Positions 12,203 through 24,015 of a stretch of 64,000 nucleotides of DNA are shown in pieces (position 1 is the stretch's first letter; the number at the start of each line of letters is the position of its first letter). The position numbers were made by a program, and so were the translations under genes. A model generated the notes under the pieces. That model was not told the origin of the DNA and made no database searches. It worked only from the letters and a program-made list of their open reading frames with translations. The DNA is from Tetramitus jugosus (Eukaryota > Protista > Heterolobosea), in contig OW569387.1 in NCBI GenBank assembly GCA_937625935.1, positions 341,573 to 405,572 on the forward strand, read 5' to 3'.

Positions 12203-14197
12203 ATGGCCACAACAAAGAGAAGACGCAGAGCAAGACCAACTGGCGCCACACGAACAACAGAGGAATCCACAGAAGAACAACAAGCTCACGAACACGACGA
12301 CTCCACCATCTCCACACCACCTTCCTCAAAAGCTTCCAATGGTCATCATGATGAAGAATCAATAACCACACCAACGACACCAAGAGAGGAAGAAGTCAAT
12401 CATGATTCTCCTTTGACCCCTCCTCCAAAACAAACCACCATGATGACTACACTACCTACTCCATCATTATCCACTGCTCGTCGTGTCTCTATTGCTCTCG
12501 TACCTGATCAGTTCATGTCACCCAAGGCCAGATCCAATCGAAAATCACTGTCTGTTGTTCAAGAAGAACCACAACAACAACAACAATCGACTCCTCTACC
12601 GGCCAATAGTGCAAGAAAGAGAACAGCTGCTGCTGCTGCTCTGCATAGGGTATCATCTAGTCGTGTAGCAAGTGGAGCTCCATCAACTCCTCAAGTACAA
12701 AAATCATCATCTTTGTCGGGAATGATGCTCGTGGAACCTCAAATGTTATCTCCTGCTGCTAAACTACTCAGAAGAAGGTCATTGGCGAATACTACTACTG
12801 GTTCTGCTGCTTCAAGTGGTACTTTTGTGTCTGGTGGTGATGATGAGAATGCTGCTTCATTGATTCCCACTGATATCCATACACCAGAGTCCAGTCGAAT
12901 GGGAAGGAGACCATTCACGAGTCAAGAAGATCAAGTCATTGTAGATGTGGTGCAACATGAGGCCCAAGCGGGTGGATCAATTCCAAAGCATGTGTGGGAC
13001 ATTTGTGCAGGTCAGTTGGGCAATGGAAGAACTGCCATCTCGTGCAAGAAACGATTCGAAACGCATTTGAATCAAACATTGAATGTGCCCTTTTTCAGTA
13101 ATCGAAGATTGGGAACACCAAGATCAGCACCCACTCCTGCTGCAGGTACTTCTGCTAGAAAATTAACGGGAATTCTCAAGACGCCATCATCTGTGACGAG
13201 ATCCTTGCTTTCGACGACTCGAGGTGCTGCCAAAATTGCTCATACCGAACCAATGGAAGATGAACACGTTACTTCGAATGAACCATCTCCCATCCTTGGT
13301 GTAGCCTCACCTCAACACGTCGTTCGCCAATCTCCACTCTTCGGAAGTGAAGACGAAGAAGATGAAGGTTTTGGTGGTGATGAACAACGGGGATTCGAGG
13401 AAGAGGAAACTGTGCGTCCTGAGACTCATTTTGAGCGTGAATCTCATGCCATGCGATCTGCTGAAACATCTGCTCAGGAAAGGGCAACGCGTGCACAACA
13501 TGCGATCGACGAGAACATTGTTCCACCACAGGACACTGCCAATGGCGGACTGTTGTCTGTTAGTCTTCAACCAAGAATCATGACAGATAAGAAGAAGAAG
13601 CCATCGAGAAAACTTCCTTTGAGTGACTCTGAAGATGAAGATTTAATGAGACGACACCTCAGAAGACAACCAAGAGAAACGAAAACTGCTCGGAAGAGAA
13701 TCGTATGGGATCTTAATAATGGTGAGGAAGAGGAACCGCAATCAGAGGACGAAGAGGTGCAAACCAAGAAGCGTAGGAAAGTAGCAGAGACTAGAGAACC
13801 AGAATCAGAGAAAGTGAGCGAACAACGAACTAGGAAAGAAAAGCAACAAGCGCCAAAGTCGGTGACACCTGCAGTTGCAGAGGAAACTGAACCGTCATCT
13901 ACTGTACAACTAACATCTGCTCAGCTCAAAACATTGAACAGAATCCAAAAGGAAACAAAGCAGAATATTGCTGTTATTCTCCACGCTCTCTTTGTCTGCA
14001 GTGGCCGCATTGAAAATGCCATACAGTACCTCAGCTCTTCATCCGATAACATACCTGTGTGGACGCGTGATGAAGATAAGGTATTGCTGAGCAAATCGAA
14101 GACGAAAGAAATCAATCGGCTGAGAACGAATTTACTGACGACAAAAGGAGGTTCAGAGTGTGAACATCGTGTCCGTTTCCTCACACCATCTCAATAG
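12203..14197 (+). CDS. Rap1/TERF2IP-like telomere protein (Myb domain + Rap1 C-terminal domain)
   Basis: Central Myb (RRPFTSQEDQVIV...W...GRTAISCKKRFETHL). C-terminal ILHALFVCSGRIENAIQYL...VWTRDEDKVL...KGGSECEHRVRFL follows the RCT pattern. Confidence 0.62.
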   Translation: MATTKRRRRARPTGATRTTEESTEEQQAHEHDDSTISTPPSSKASNGHHDEESITTPTTPREEEVNHDSPLTPPPKQTTMMTTLPTPSLSTARRVSIALVPDQFMSPKARSNRKSLSVVQEEPQQQQQSTPLPANSARKRTAAAAALHRVSSSRVASGAPSTPQVQKSSSLSGMMLVEPQMLSPAAKLLRRRSLANTTTGSAASSGTFVSGGDDENAASLIPTDIHTPESSRMGRRPFTSQEDQVIVDVVQHEAQAGGSIPKHVWDICAGQLGNGRTAISCKKRFETHLNQTLNVPFFSNRRLGTPRSAPTPAAGTSARKLTGILKTPSSVTRSLLSTTRGAAKIAHTEPMEDEHVTSNEPSPILGVASPQHVVRQSPLFGSEDEEDEGFGGDEQRGFEEEETVRPETHFERESHAMRSAETSAQERATRAQHAIDENIVPPQDTANGGLLSVSLQPRIMTDKKKKPSRKLPLSDSEDEDLMRRHLRRQPRETKTARKRIVWDLNNGEEEEPQSEDEEVQTKKRRKVAETREPESEKVSEQRTRKEKQQAPKSVTPAVAEETEPSSTVQLTSAQLKTLNRIQKETKQNIAVILHALFVCSGRIENAIQYLSSSSDNIPVWTRDEDKVLLSKSKTKEINRLRTNLLTTKGGSECEHRVRFLTPSQ

Positions 14198-14281
14198 AAC
14201 AGTTGAGTTGCATTGTATTATTCATTCAACGTTTATAAAACAAAAAATAATTATTTGTCAAAAAGTGGCATGGATTTCATC

Positions 14282-17200
14282 TTACAAAACCGCTATGCAA
14301 CTAAAGAGACTGGATGCTCGACTCTTCTTCCGCTTGTAATCGTTGGCATAGAACTGGTAAAGTCGAGAAATCTTCATCCGAACACCGATGCAAGGGAAGC
14401 TGTATCTCCATTGACTGAATATGACATCCTCCTCAGACAAGTTATCTTCCAACAGAGATGGATATTCACATACCCAGACATCCACGTTAATAGTCTCTGA
14501 TCTATAATCAATAGAGTACGTTGGAGCCTTGTAGTTTGGAAGTCCATGCTTTCCAAATCGGCCCATGGACACAATCTTGGAGAGTTTTTCCAACCAGGGA
14601 TCCATTGCGCCCTTATTGTTCTTGTAATACTTGGTGTAAAATTTGAGACTTTCAGCCGTAAGGAATACGGTTGCATATTCCGTGTCATCTACTCCCGATT
14701 GGAACAAGTAATGCTTCGTGTACGTTTGTACAACAGCCAACTGCGTGTCATATTTCAAATCCTCCCATCCTAGTTTTGATAACATTTTCATGGGATCGAA
14801 CTGTGGATTCATCCGATTCGTAAATCGCACTTGACACAATGGCAAATTGAAATTTGAGTTCAGAGCAGCCAACTCTGCACCAAAATACGGATGTTCAAGC
14901 TTGGACAAGAGGAACAATTTGTCGTACATGAACTCGTGACGGAACAGTGCTTCCTTGTAGCCCTTGACGTCGTATCCGACTCTGAATCGATCATACTTGT
15001 AAACATCCAACAACATTCTCAGAATTGTGCGTTTAAACAGCTTATTCAACTCTGTTGTATCATCAGAATTAAACAATTGCTCGACAGCCAAGGATGCTTC
15101 ATCTGCCTTGTCATCAAACGAATCATATGCTTGACCAGATTTTTCTGCCGTGCTAGTTGTGTTCTTGTCGGCATTGGCATTGATTCCCAGTCTTCTAGCA
15201 GTAGAAGCACTCACATTGTTTGGAAATAGGTTGTGAATGTAGAAACGGATCGATGGATCAATATGATCCACTTCGAATATCACATCATCTGCATTGTTGC
15301 TCAAGTACCGCGGCACACAAATGTTCAAAAAGTGAATATTGTGAGCCACAATCTTCTCTGGAGTCAATCGCATATCTCTCAAGAAGGTGTTCTCAAATGA
15401 TTGAACAGTGGTACCAGGTGTCAAAACAATCAACGTTCCATCATACTCGCTCAACAACTGGAAATAGGCTTCATTGTCATCATTGACCTCTTCATTCTCA
15501 CTCAATATACTGCTACTGCTTCCACTGCTACTACTACTACTACTCCCCGTAATACTATTACTACTACTACTCAAATTACTACTACTACTCATCATCATCA
15601 CATTGCTATTGTTCTTGTTATTTTGATTGTTACTATTCGCAAATGAATGATAATCATTTGCAAATTCAAACTGAAACACTACAGTCTGTGACAAATCCTG
15701 TTCATAATCATCACCCATCATCAATCGATTCCAATCTCTCAAATGATCACACGTAAACTTTGCTTGACATCGATACAGTTGAACCACGTTACCAGAATTG
15801 GTCGTTGTTGGACTTCCACTATTGCTACTCGTACTGCTCTTACTACTACTACTACTACTACTATTGCTGCTGCTGCTCGAACTCGCTTTTGTCGTTGAAC
15901 TCGAATTTGTTCTATTTTTATCTGTTGTAGATGTCGATGATGACGGAGAATAATTGGTTCTTCCATGATGAAAACTCATTTTTTTCAAGCCAAACACATC
16001 TTCAAACAAACTCTGTGTAATACTACCCACACTACTACTACTACTACTATTGATACTATCGATATTACTATTATTATCAAAATTATGATTGTTATTTTTA
16101 GTAACATTGTGTAATGAGGAGGATGATGGTAGAATCATAGAGGGAGGCAACTGAGGAGACAACGTATTTTTTCCATCATGTTCCAACACACGTATTTGAA
16201 CAATTGGTCTCATATGTATCTGTTCAAACAATGGTAAATCAAACATTGGTTTATGCGAATGATAATTTTGATATGCATTGTTATTACTATGATTAAAATT
16301 ATGATTCAATGTTGTTGTTGTATTTGTTGTATTTGTGTTACTAGTGTTCGTAGTAGTAGTGTTGTTAGTGTTGTTAGTGTTGTTCTTAGTAAAGTGACTA
16401 TTGGCATAACTTGTTTGAATACGATTTTTTTGTTGTTGATTCATTTGATTTTGTTGATGTTCCATGACTACGATTCGATCATTTGGATGATGCATCATGT
16501 ATTGTGTCGTGTTTGCATGAGAAAGCTTTCTTGTTGTTGTTAGTCCATTTGTATGATGATGATGATGATGATGATTACTATTAGTGTTGTGACTATTGTT
16601 GTTGTTGTTACTACTGTTGTTACTGTTGTGACGAACATGATGAGAAAGAATGTTTCGAGGGGAGAGTGAAGCGGCAGAAATTTTTCTTCGCGGAGAAATG
16701 TGTTTCCGACTGAGCGGGGAATGATTGGCCGACACGACATCAAAATGATTTTGTTGTGAAGTGGCATTGGTAGCGGCAGCCAATGGATTGGTAGTAGTGG
16801 GAGAGAGTGGTGCTGATGAGTTGGAAGCTAATAATTGAGCAAAAGCTCCGTTACCTAATCCAACACTTTTTCCCTTGATTTTTCTCTGTTGATGATGATG
16901 TGTTGATTTTTCTGGTGATAAAAAGGAAGATGAAGAGGAGGGTGATAGAGGAGATAAGGGCTCTGTCGATGTGGTAGTGTCATCTTTGAATGTTACACTA
17001 CGTCTTTCAACTGTTTTTGTTGTTGTTGTTGTTGTTGTTGTAGCTAATGATGTGTCTTCTGTTGTTGTTGTTGTTGTTGGAACGTTGAGCAGTGAAGCAC
17101 GACGAACAGTACTTTCATTTTCAGTGACGACGGTTGTTGTTGTTGTTGTTGTTTTTGCTTCATTGTGGTGAAGAATATTTTTTTCAGAGTCAATAGTAGC

Positions 17201-17587
17201 TGCTACAGTACTGTTGTTATTATTGTCATTGTTGTTGTCATTGTCCACATTTACTTGAATTGTAATGGTAGGTTTTAGTTCATTATTGTTCGTTTCATTA
17301 TTTTCTAATGATGCTGTGGATGTTGAAATGGCTGGAGAAGCGATTGTTGATTCTTCTTCTGCTTGGTTGATACCAACAATAGTAGTGGTGTCTGTTGTTT
17401 CTTGAGCAGGAAAAAAAGAAGGAAGAGTTTGCTTTTTTTCGTCGACTTCAACCACAACAAGGTGGTTGTCCACTGTTGGTGGTTGAGTGGGTTGAGTGGC
17501 CGGTGGTGAAGAAGATAATGTCGGTATCATGTCTTGTTCTTCAGGGTTGCTCCTGCTGTTGCTGGGAGTATGAGAGTCAAGAGACAT
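14282..17587 (-). CDS. Hypothetical protein: long N/T/S/H low-complexity region plus about 400-aa unassigned globular C-terminus
   Basis: Uninterrupted ORF of about 1100 codons, first ATG at 17587; no family recognised. Confidence 0.7.
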   Translation of the reverse strand: MSLDSHTPSNSRSNPEEQDMIPTLSSSPPATQPTQPPTVDNHLVVVEVDEKKQTLPSFFPAQETTDTTTIVGINQAEEESTIASPAISTSTASLENNETNNNELKPTITIQVNVDNDNNNDNNNNSTVAATIDSEKNILHHNEAKTTTTTTTVVTENESTVRRASLLNVPTTTTTTEDTSLATTTTTTTTKTVERRSVTFKDDTTTSTEPLSPLSPSSSSSFLSPEKSTHHHQQRKIKGKSVGLGNGAFAQLLASNSSAPLSPTTTNPLAAATNATSQQNHFDVVSANHSPLSRKHISPRRKISAASLSPRNILSHHVRHNSNNSSNNNNNSHNTNSNHHHHHHHTNGLTTTRKLSHANTTQYMMHHPNDRIVVMEHQQNQMNQQQKNRIQTSYANSHFTKNNTNNTNNTTTTNTSNTNTTNTTTTLNHNFNHSNNNAYQNYHSHKPMFDLPLFEQIHMRPIVQIRVLEHDGKNTLSPQLPPSMILPSSSSLHNVTKNNNHNFDNNSNIDSINSSSSSSVGSITQSLFEDVFGLKKMSFHHGRTNYSPSSSTSTTDKNRTNSSSTTKASSSSSSNSSSSSSSKSSTSSNSGSPTTTNSGNVVQLYRCQAKFTCDHLRDWNRLMMGDDYEQDLSQTVVFQFEFANDYHSFANSNNQNNKNNSNVMMMSSSSNLSSSSNSITGSSSSSSSGSSSSILSENEEVNDDNEAYFQLLSEYDGTLIVLTPGTTVQSFENTFLRDMRLTPEKIVAHNIHFLNICVPRYLSNNADDVIFEVDHIDPSIRFYIHNLFPNNVSASTARRLGINANADKNTTSTAEKSGQAYDSFDDKADEASLAVEQLFNSDDTTELNKLFKRTILRMLLDVYKYDRFRVGYDVKGYKEALFRHEFMYDKLFLLSKLEHPYFGAELAALNSNFNLPLCQVRFTNRMNPQFDPMKMLSKLGWEDLKYDTQLAVVQTYTKHYLFQSGVDDTEYATVFLTAESLKFYTKYYKNNKGAMDPWLEKLSKIVSMGRFGKHGLPNYKAPTYSIDYRSETINVDVWVCEYPSLLEDNLSEEDVIFSQWRYSFPCIGVRMKISRLYQFYANDYKRKKSRASSLFSCIAVL

Positions 17588-17902
17588 GATTGTTTGGTGG
17601 TGGGTGTACTTGGTTAGGTTTCTGAAACCTGAAACACTCACAATCGGATTTTAGAAAGCGAACAACACCCAAAGTGACGAATCCATCACACTAGGAAATG
17701 TTGCGACATCTGTCTCGAGCGGACAAATCACTGCAAAAAAGCTCGTTCGCCATTTGGGCAACATTCTGGCCTGTTTCTGCAACTGTAATCAATCATGTAA
17801 TCCGTTTTTCTTGACATCTCATGCATGTGAACTTTTATTGTTGGATTTTATATTATTACCGTGCGAGCTCAAATGGAACAATCAATTCGATGACCTTGTT
17901 TT

Positions 17903-20900
17903 TTACTTGTCGACACTCAATTCGAGAATATTAGTCTTCTTCTTGTCTTGTTCAATCTCAGCCTCGTTCGACGCTTCATCATACTCGAACGCAACCTTAT
18001 ATACATCGCTGTAGTAGTCTGCAAAATGTACAGTGATACCATCGCGAATCTCGTGATCCAACTCTGTCCAGTCCTTCTTGTTGCTGATTGGTAAGATCAC
18101 CTCTCGAACTCCAGATCTTCTTGCAGCGATAATCTTTTCCTTGACACCTCCAATGGCCAGAACCTTACCAGTCAGAGTCAACTCACCAGTCATACTCAAG
18201 TTTTGCTTCACTGGCTTGTTCAAAGCGAGTGACAACAGTGAAGTAACCATGGTGATACCTGCGGAAGGACCGTCCTTTGGTGTGGCACCTTCAGGGATGT
18301 GCATATGAATGGCAGATTTGTCAAAGAAGCCCTTCTTCATTCTTGGTTCGTCGTCCTCGTCTTCTTCTTCCTCTTCTTCCTCGTCGTCCTTCTTGCTCTT
18401 CTTCTTCTTCTTTGGTGGCAATGGCTCAGGTGGTACGAGGGTATTGTAGAATTGTTTTGCAAATGTATAGGCGATGGCTGAGGATTCTTTCATTACATCA
18501 CCAATCTGGCCCGTGGTCTTCAGTGATCCTTCCTTCTTACCAGGTTCGATTGAAGTCTCAACATAAAGGGTGCTACCTCCCATGGAAGTCCAGGCCAATC
18601 CCATGACAACACCAGGTGGTGGTGCAATATAATAACGATCTGTTGAGAATGCAGGCTTACCCAGATAATGTTCGAGTTCAGCTTCGGTAATTGTAATCTT
18701 CTTGTTCTTCTTTGTTGTTTGTATCTCGAATGCAACCTTTCTCAGGATACGTTCAATGTGCTTTTGCAAGTTTCTGATACCTGCCTCTCGACAATAGTTT
18801 TGAATGAGAGCACGCAACATTCCTGTTGTCATCTTGATTTGCTTGGCATTAAGTCCATTCTCATCCAACAGTCTTGGCACCAGATATCGTAGAGCAATTT
18901 GTACCTTTTCCTCCAGAATGTATCCAGATAGACGCAACACTTCCATTCTGTCAAGCAATGGTTGTTGAATGGTGTCTAGTGTGTTTGCTGTACAAATGAA
19001 CAATACTTTGCTCAAGTCGAATGGAACGTCCAAGTAATGATCAATGAAGGCATCATTCTGCTCTGGATCCAAGGCTTCGAGCAAGGCCGAGGATGGATCG
19101 CTGTTTCTCTTTCCCATCTTATCAATTTCGTCAATCATAATGACTGGATTAGATGATTTGCTGAGCTTCATGACTTGAATCAACTTTCCAGGCATGGCAC
19201 CAATATAGGTTCTTCTGTGACCCTTGATCTCAGACACGTCGTCCATACCACCAACAGAGAATCGGTAAAAGTCTCTCTGTAGAGCTCTAGCAATCGATTT
19301 ACCGATCGAAGTCTAGTATTCATTGTGTGCATAAATGTGTGTAGCGTGAGAGTTAGTACATGTATACGGATGAATGAAGACAAGAACAAAAAGAGAGTTG
19401 CTATTCATACAAACCTTTCCCACACCTGGAGGACCAACAAAGCACAAGATCTTACCCTGCACTGTGCCCTTGAGCTTACCGACAGCAATAAATTCCAAGA
19501 TACGATCCTTAATCTTCTTCAATCCGAAATGATCCTCGTCCAATACCTTGATTGCGTGCCTCAAGTCAAAATTCTCCTTGTTGTACTGTCCCCAAGGCAA
19601 CAACGTGAGCCAGTCCATGTAGTTACGCACAACATGGAACTCGGAGCTTGCTGTTTCCAGCATTGACAATTTGTTCAACTCTTCATTGATCACCTTGAGT
19701 GCTGTTTCGTTCGGTTTCAAATTCTTGAGACGATCCTTGAATTTGGTAATAATGGCATCTTTTTCGTCAGTTTCCAATCCCAACTCCTTCTTGATCAGCT
19801 TCAATTGTTCGTTCAGATAAAACTTTTGTTGAGCGGCGCTAATCTTTTCGTCGAGACTCTTTCTAATCTTATCTCTGACCTTGAGTGTCTCAATCTCACT
19901 CTTGACCAATATGAGTGCCTTTTGAGTTCTCTCAATCACGTCATCAGTCATCAACACGTCTTGCAACTTGTCGGCATCAACTGTTGTCAACAAGGAAACC
20001 AAATCGGCCAATCGAGCAACATCGGAAGTGTCCATTTGTTGCAAACACTGTTGTAATTGCTCACGATGCAACGGATCCAATGCTGACAGTTCTTGCAAGG
20101 CTTGAGTCAATGAGAGAATATAGGCCTTCAAATTACGATCTTCACGGTCAAATGGCTTCAATTCGGCATCCTTGACACGAACGGTCAATCTTGGCATTTT
20201 GTCCACAGTTCCAGTAATCTTAATTCGACGTATGGCAGTGAACGAAACCAAAACACCATCACCGACTCGAGATGGAATCAATTTGGTAACGAGTGCCAAC
20301 ACACCGACTTGTTCGACCTGTGACGCACGACCAACAGTCTTCAATCCATCTTCTCTGTCCTTGTGATCCTTCAACAAGAAGAGACCAATCAATCTTCTTT
20401 CCATTGCTGCTTCCAACATGCCTCTCAAGAACTCTCGATCCTCAATCATTAGAATGACAATAGAACCGGGGAACACTGGTCTCTTATAGCACGGAATCAC
20501 TTCAACAAATGGTGGAGTAGGTATGGATGATCGATCCATCAGTGTACTTGGTTCCTCTGGTTCCGGTGTAACGATTGGATTGACACCTTCCTCATCTTCA
20601 CCACCATCATTATTGTTGTTACCATTGTTGTCACCTGGTGGTGCATTGCGACTTGATCCACCACCACCACCACCAACATTCGATGATGACGAAGATGCTA
20701 CGTCGTGATCTCCTCCATCGTCTTCCTCTGCCAACAATTGTTCAAAATTAGAAAAATTTTCAAATTTTTCTTCTTCTTCATCAACAACGATATCATCTTC
20801 TTCATTCTCCTCTTCTTCCTTGATGTTGTTGTTGTTGTTGTGTTCTTCTTCTTCATCTTTGAGCTCTTTATCGTTGTTCTTGTCCGTGGTCGTCAGTGTT

Positions 20901-21291
20901 GCATTGTCCTTTTTGTTCTTCTTGTTTTCATCTGATTGTAACAATGCAGAGTAACGATTGGTGAAAATCTATGTGTGTGCGTACGCATGTGGAACGGATT
21001 GTCGTGTGAGTTTATTATATTTGGATTGAGTGAGAAAAAGAGTTTACACTGGTGAAAAACACCACATACGTTTCTGGTGGTGGTGGTAATGGAAGAATGA
21101 ATCGAGTTGTTGTTGTTGTTATTGTTGATATTGTGATTCATTCCACTCACTTGGTGATAAAAGTGTTGTTGTGCAGCGTGATGCAATTGAGATGCAATGT
21201 TGTTGTTGATCAACAACTTTTTTGCCATCGTCACTCTAGTTGTTGATGATATGCTATTCGTGCATCGGTTCAATACTAGTCGTCGATTCAT
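17903..21291 (-). CDS. LONP1: Mitochondrial Lon protease; introns 20969-21069 and 19313-19414
   Basis: Presequence-like N-terminus, Lon N domain, Walker A GPPGVGK|TS across an intron, IDEIDK, and catalytic KDGPSAG and IGGVKEK. Confidence 0.95.
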
Positions 21292-21547
21292 TCTAACTCA
21301 AATAATATATAAAACTATCAAAGAAGAAATAGTATGGCTGTCGTCGTGGTCAAATGTTTTGTTTTTGTTGTTTGCTGCGGGAAACTTTGATCAAATTATT
21401 TGTCTGGTAAAAATAGGCGCACATTCCTATCAAATATTCATCCGCTTCAAACAAAGGAGATCTTTGGCGTGATTCAAAAAAATGACACGTGCAGAGATGC
21501 ATTGAATTTTACGAATGAAGACTGCAGATCTCGTGCATGACAACTTT

Positions 21548-23849
21548 TTACTTGGTGAGTCTGAGGGAGAACAAGCAGCCTCTATCTGTTCCCATTACAA
21601 AATCAGTGTTATCCTTGCGGTTTGGATTGACAGTGATCGAGGATATTTGACCCAGGTTGGACAATGGATTGGTCAGGAATGCAAACTCTGGCACTGGCAT
21701 AAAGTTTTCAATCTTGAAACTGACAATGAGAGTCGGTTCAACAACGACCAATCTGTTTCCACAGCTCGAGAAGGAGGCAAGAAGAGCATTGGAAGAAATT
21801 TCCTGAGGTGGATATACCTTCTTGTTTTCCACAGAGTACAAATAGAGGGACTTCTTTCTCTTGATGTAGAAAATCTTCCCAGATGGATGGAATTTGACCA
21901 TTGGTGGTGGTGATGTAGGATCCTTGCCCACGGCTTCAAGAATGCTCACATTGCTCACGACCTCAATCTCACAGGCTGAAAGCTTTTTCCTGACATGGCA
22001 TGTCAATAATCCAACGGCACCAGATTCCGAAATGTGAGCAACGAGCAACATTTCACTGCTTGCTATTCCGTCAATGCATGTTATAGGGTCTACAGTGTTG
22101 GCTTTGTATAGGGGATATGGTTGGAAGTTTTCGTTGCTTACACGACCAACACCAATATTACCAGAGTCGAATCCGGCCACAACATAATTGTTGTCAGATG
22201 GACAGAAGATGACAGACTTTGGCTTTGCGTCTGGAGCATAGACATCCTTCAAAATGACCTTGACATCAATCTCCTTTGGATTCTTGTTGCGCACGGATTG
22301 ATTGCCAGTACGGGCCACTTTCACAAGTGTTCCCTCTTGATTGGATCCGTAGAGCATGAAATATGAATCAGTAGTTGTAATAGCAACATAAGGATGTGAG
22401 ATCGTGTCAGCAATGCGAATCACTTGCAAAACATTGGACGAGGTAGTGTCATAGCTGATTGGATTCCAGTAAACAAAGAACACTTCATCCTTTTCACGGA
22501 TACCAACCAGACAAGTTCCTTGGAATCCTGGGATCAACTGGGTAATCTTCCCATTTTGTTTGTCTGTAAATACAGGCAATGTGTTATAGAGACAGGCATC
22601 AGACAATGGCACGAGCGAAGCAGATGCAGACAGTGGAGGCACTATCTGTGGTGTTGCGTCAACAACAGGTGCAGGGGGCTGTGGAGGTGCTGTTACCTTT
22701 GGCGCAGCTGTGGTTGGAGGGACAGCAGTGACCTTCTTGGCAGCAACGGTAGCTGGAGGAGCAGTAGCGGGAGGTGGAGGAGAAGGACGAGTGACTGTTG
22801 CGGCTGTTGCAGGTTGACTGGTCTTTGGAGTCTCGGCTGTTGGTTGAGTCGTAGTAGGGACAGTGGTAGCGGTTGCGGTGGTAGAAGCAGCAGTCGCTGG
22901 TGGGATCGGGGTTGTAGATGTTTTTTGCGTCTTTTTTGGGTTTTGACTGATGGATAGGTCTTCCATTGAGGTTCCATCCGTTTCAGTGGTTTCTCTTGGT
23001 CTCTTCCTTGATACACTGTCATAAAAGAGACGCAAAATGTCGTCTGCGGCATTGGCCTGCTTTGGCTTCTCCTTTGGTTTCTCGACTACCTTTGCGAAGG
23101 GCTTACAAATTTCGTCAATGTTGAATGATGGACAATTAGTGAGCACTTTGTTATAATTTGGCAACTTTTCCTTCAAATCCTTAATCATCTCATCCACAAT
23201 CAATTCATAGTTCAACTCTGGAAGGTTCTTTGCTTCCGCATAGTTTGAGAAAAAGGTGGCAACAAAGCCTGTATCTTCCTTTACAAAGCACACATTGTTC
23301 GCAGCTGTCAATACATCTTCATCTCTATCATATTTTGTGAAAGTCAAAAAAATTAAACAATGATCATCATCATTGATGAAAAGAGAACATGTGGTGAGTC
23401 AAAAAAGAAGAACGTTGATACCAAAAGAATTGAGGTGTCCATACCTGTCCAGAGCAATAGCAAACAGAGAAATGTAGAAACGGTGATACAATTCTCTCGT
23501 TTCCTCACTCAATGGCAAAAAATGATTCAAATAAGCATTTGCTTCCTTAAACTTTCGTTCCTTCAACAAGTCAAACAAGTAGTTCTTGTCAAGAATGAAT
23601 TTCATGCTAAAGAAAAATGAAAGCTTTGTTAGCTCAAATATACAAAAAAATACCAAAACCAAGCACGGAATCATTGGTCGAGGTGAGTTTAATGACATAC
23701 GATCTCGCAGCTTCATCACATTCTGGTGTATTCTGACTTCTCAAGAAACTATAGATGAACTTTTTGGTCTCCTCGATGAATTTAGAGTCCTTGTGTTCAA
23801 CCATTACAAAAGAAGGGATATCACTTGGTGATGCAGTATGACCGTTCAT
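21548..23849 (-). CDS. LisH/CTLH-like N-terminus + Pro/Thr linker + beta-propeller (TOPLESS/WDR26-like architecture); introns 23607-23700 and 23325-23444
   Basis: Spliced N-terminus FIYSFLRSQN...EAARSMKFILDKNYLFDLLKERKFKEANAYLNHFL...AIALDR. C-terminal WD-like strands (VIFCPSDNNYVVAG, VKFHPSGKIF, ASFSSCGNRL, ITVNPNRKDNTDFVMGTDRG). Confidence 0.6.
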
Positions 23850-24015
23850 TGTGTGATTGGGTTTTTCTTGTTTTTATGTGTTGGTTGTTGTGATCGCTCA
23901 AATTTTTGTGGTGGGACAAAAAATGTTTTGAAGGAAGGCGGGAAATGCGGGAAATTATCACACAGTTCGAGAAATTTCTCAACCTTTATTTGGTGTGATG
24001 CTACTCACAAAGACT

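Noticed and set aside
15500-17300. Trinucleotide tracts as satellites or regulatory repeats
   Set aside because: They encode poly-N/T/S/H within an ORF, a trait seen in many genes in this window.
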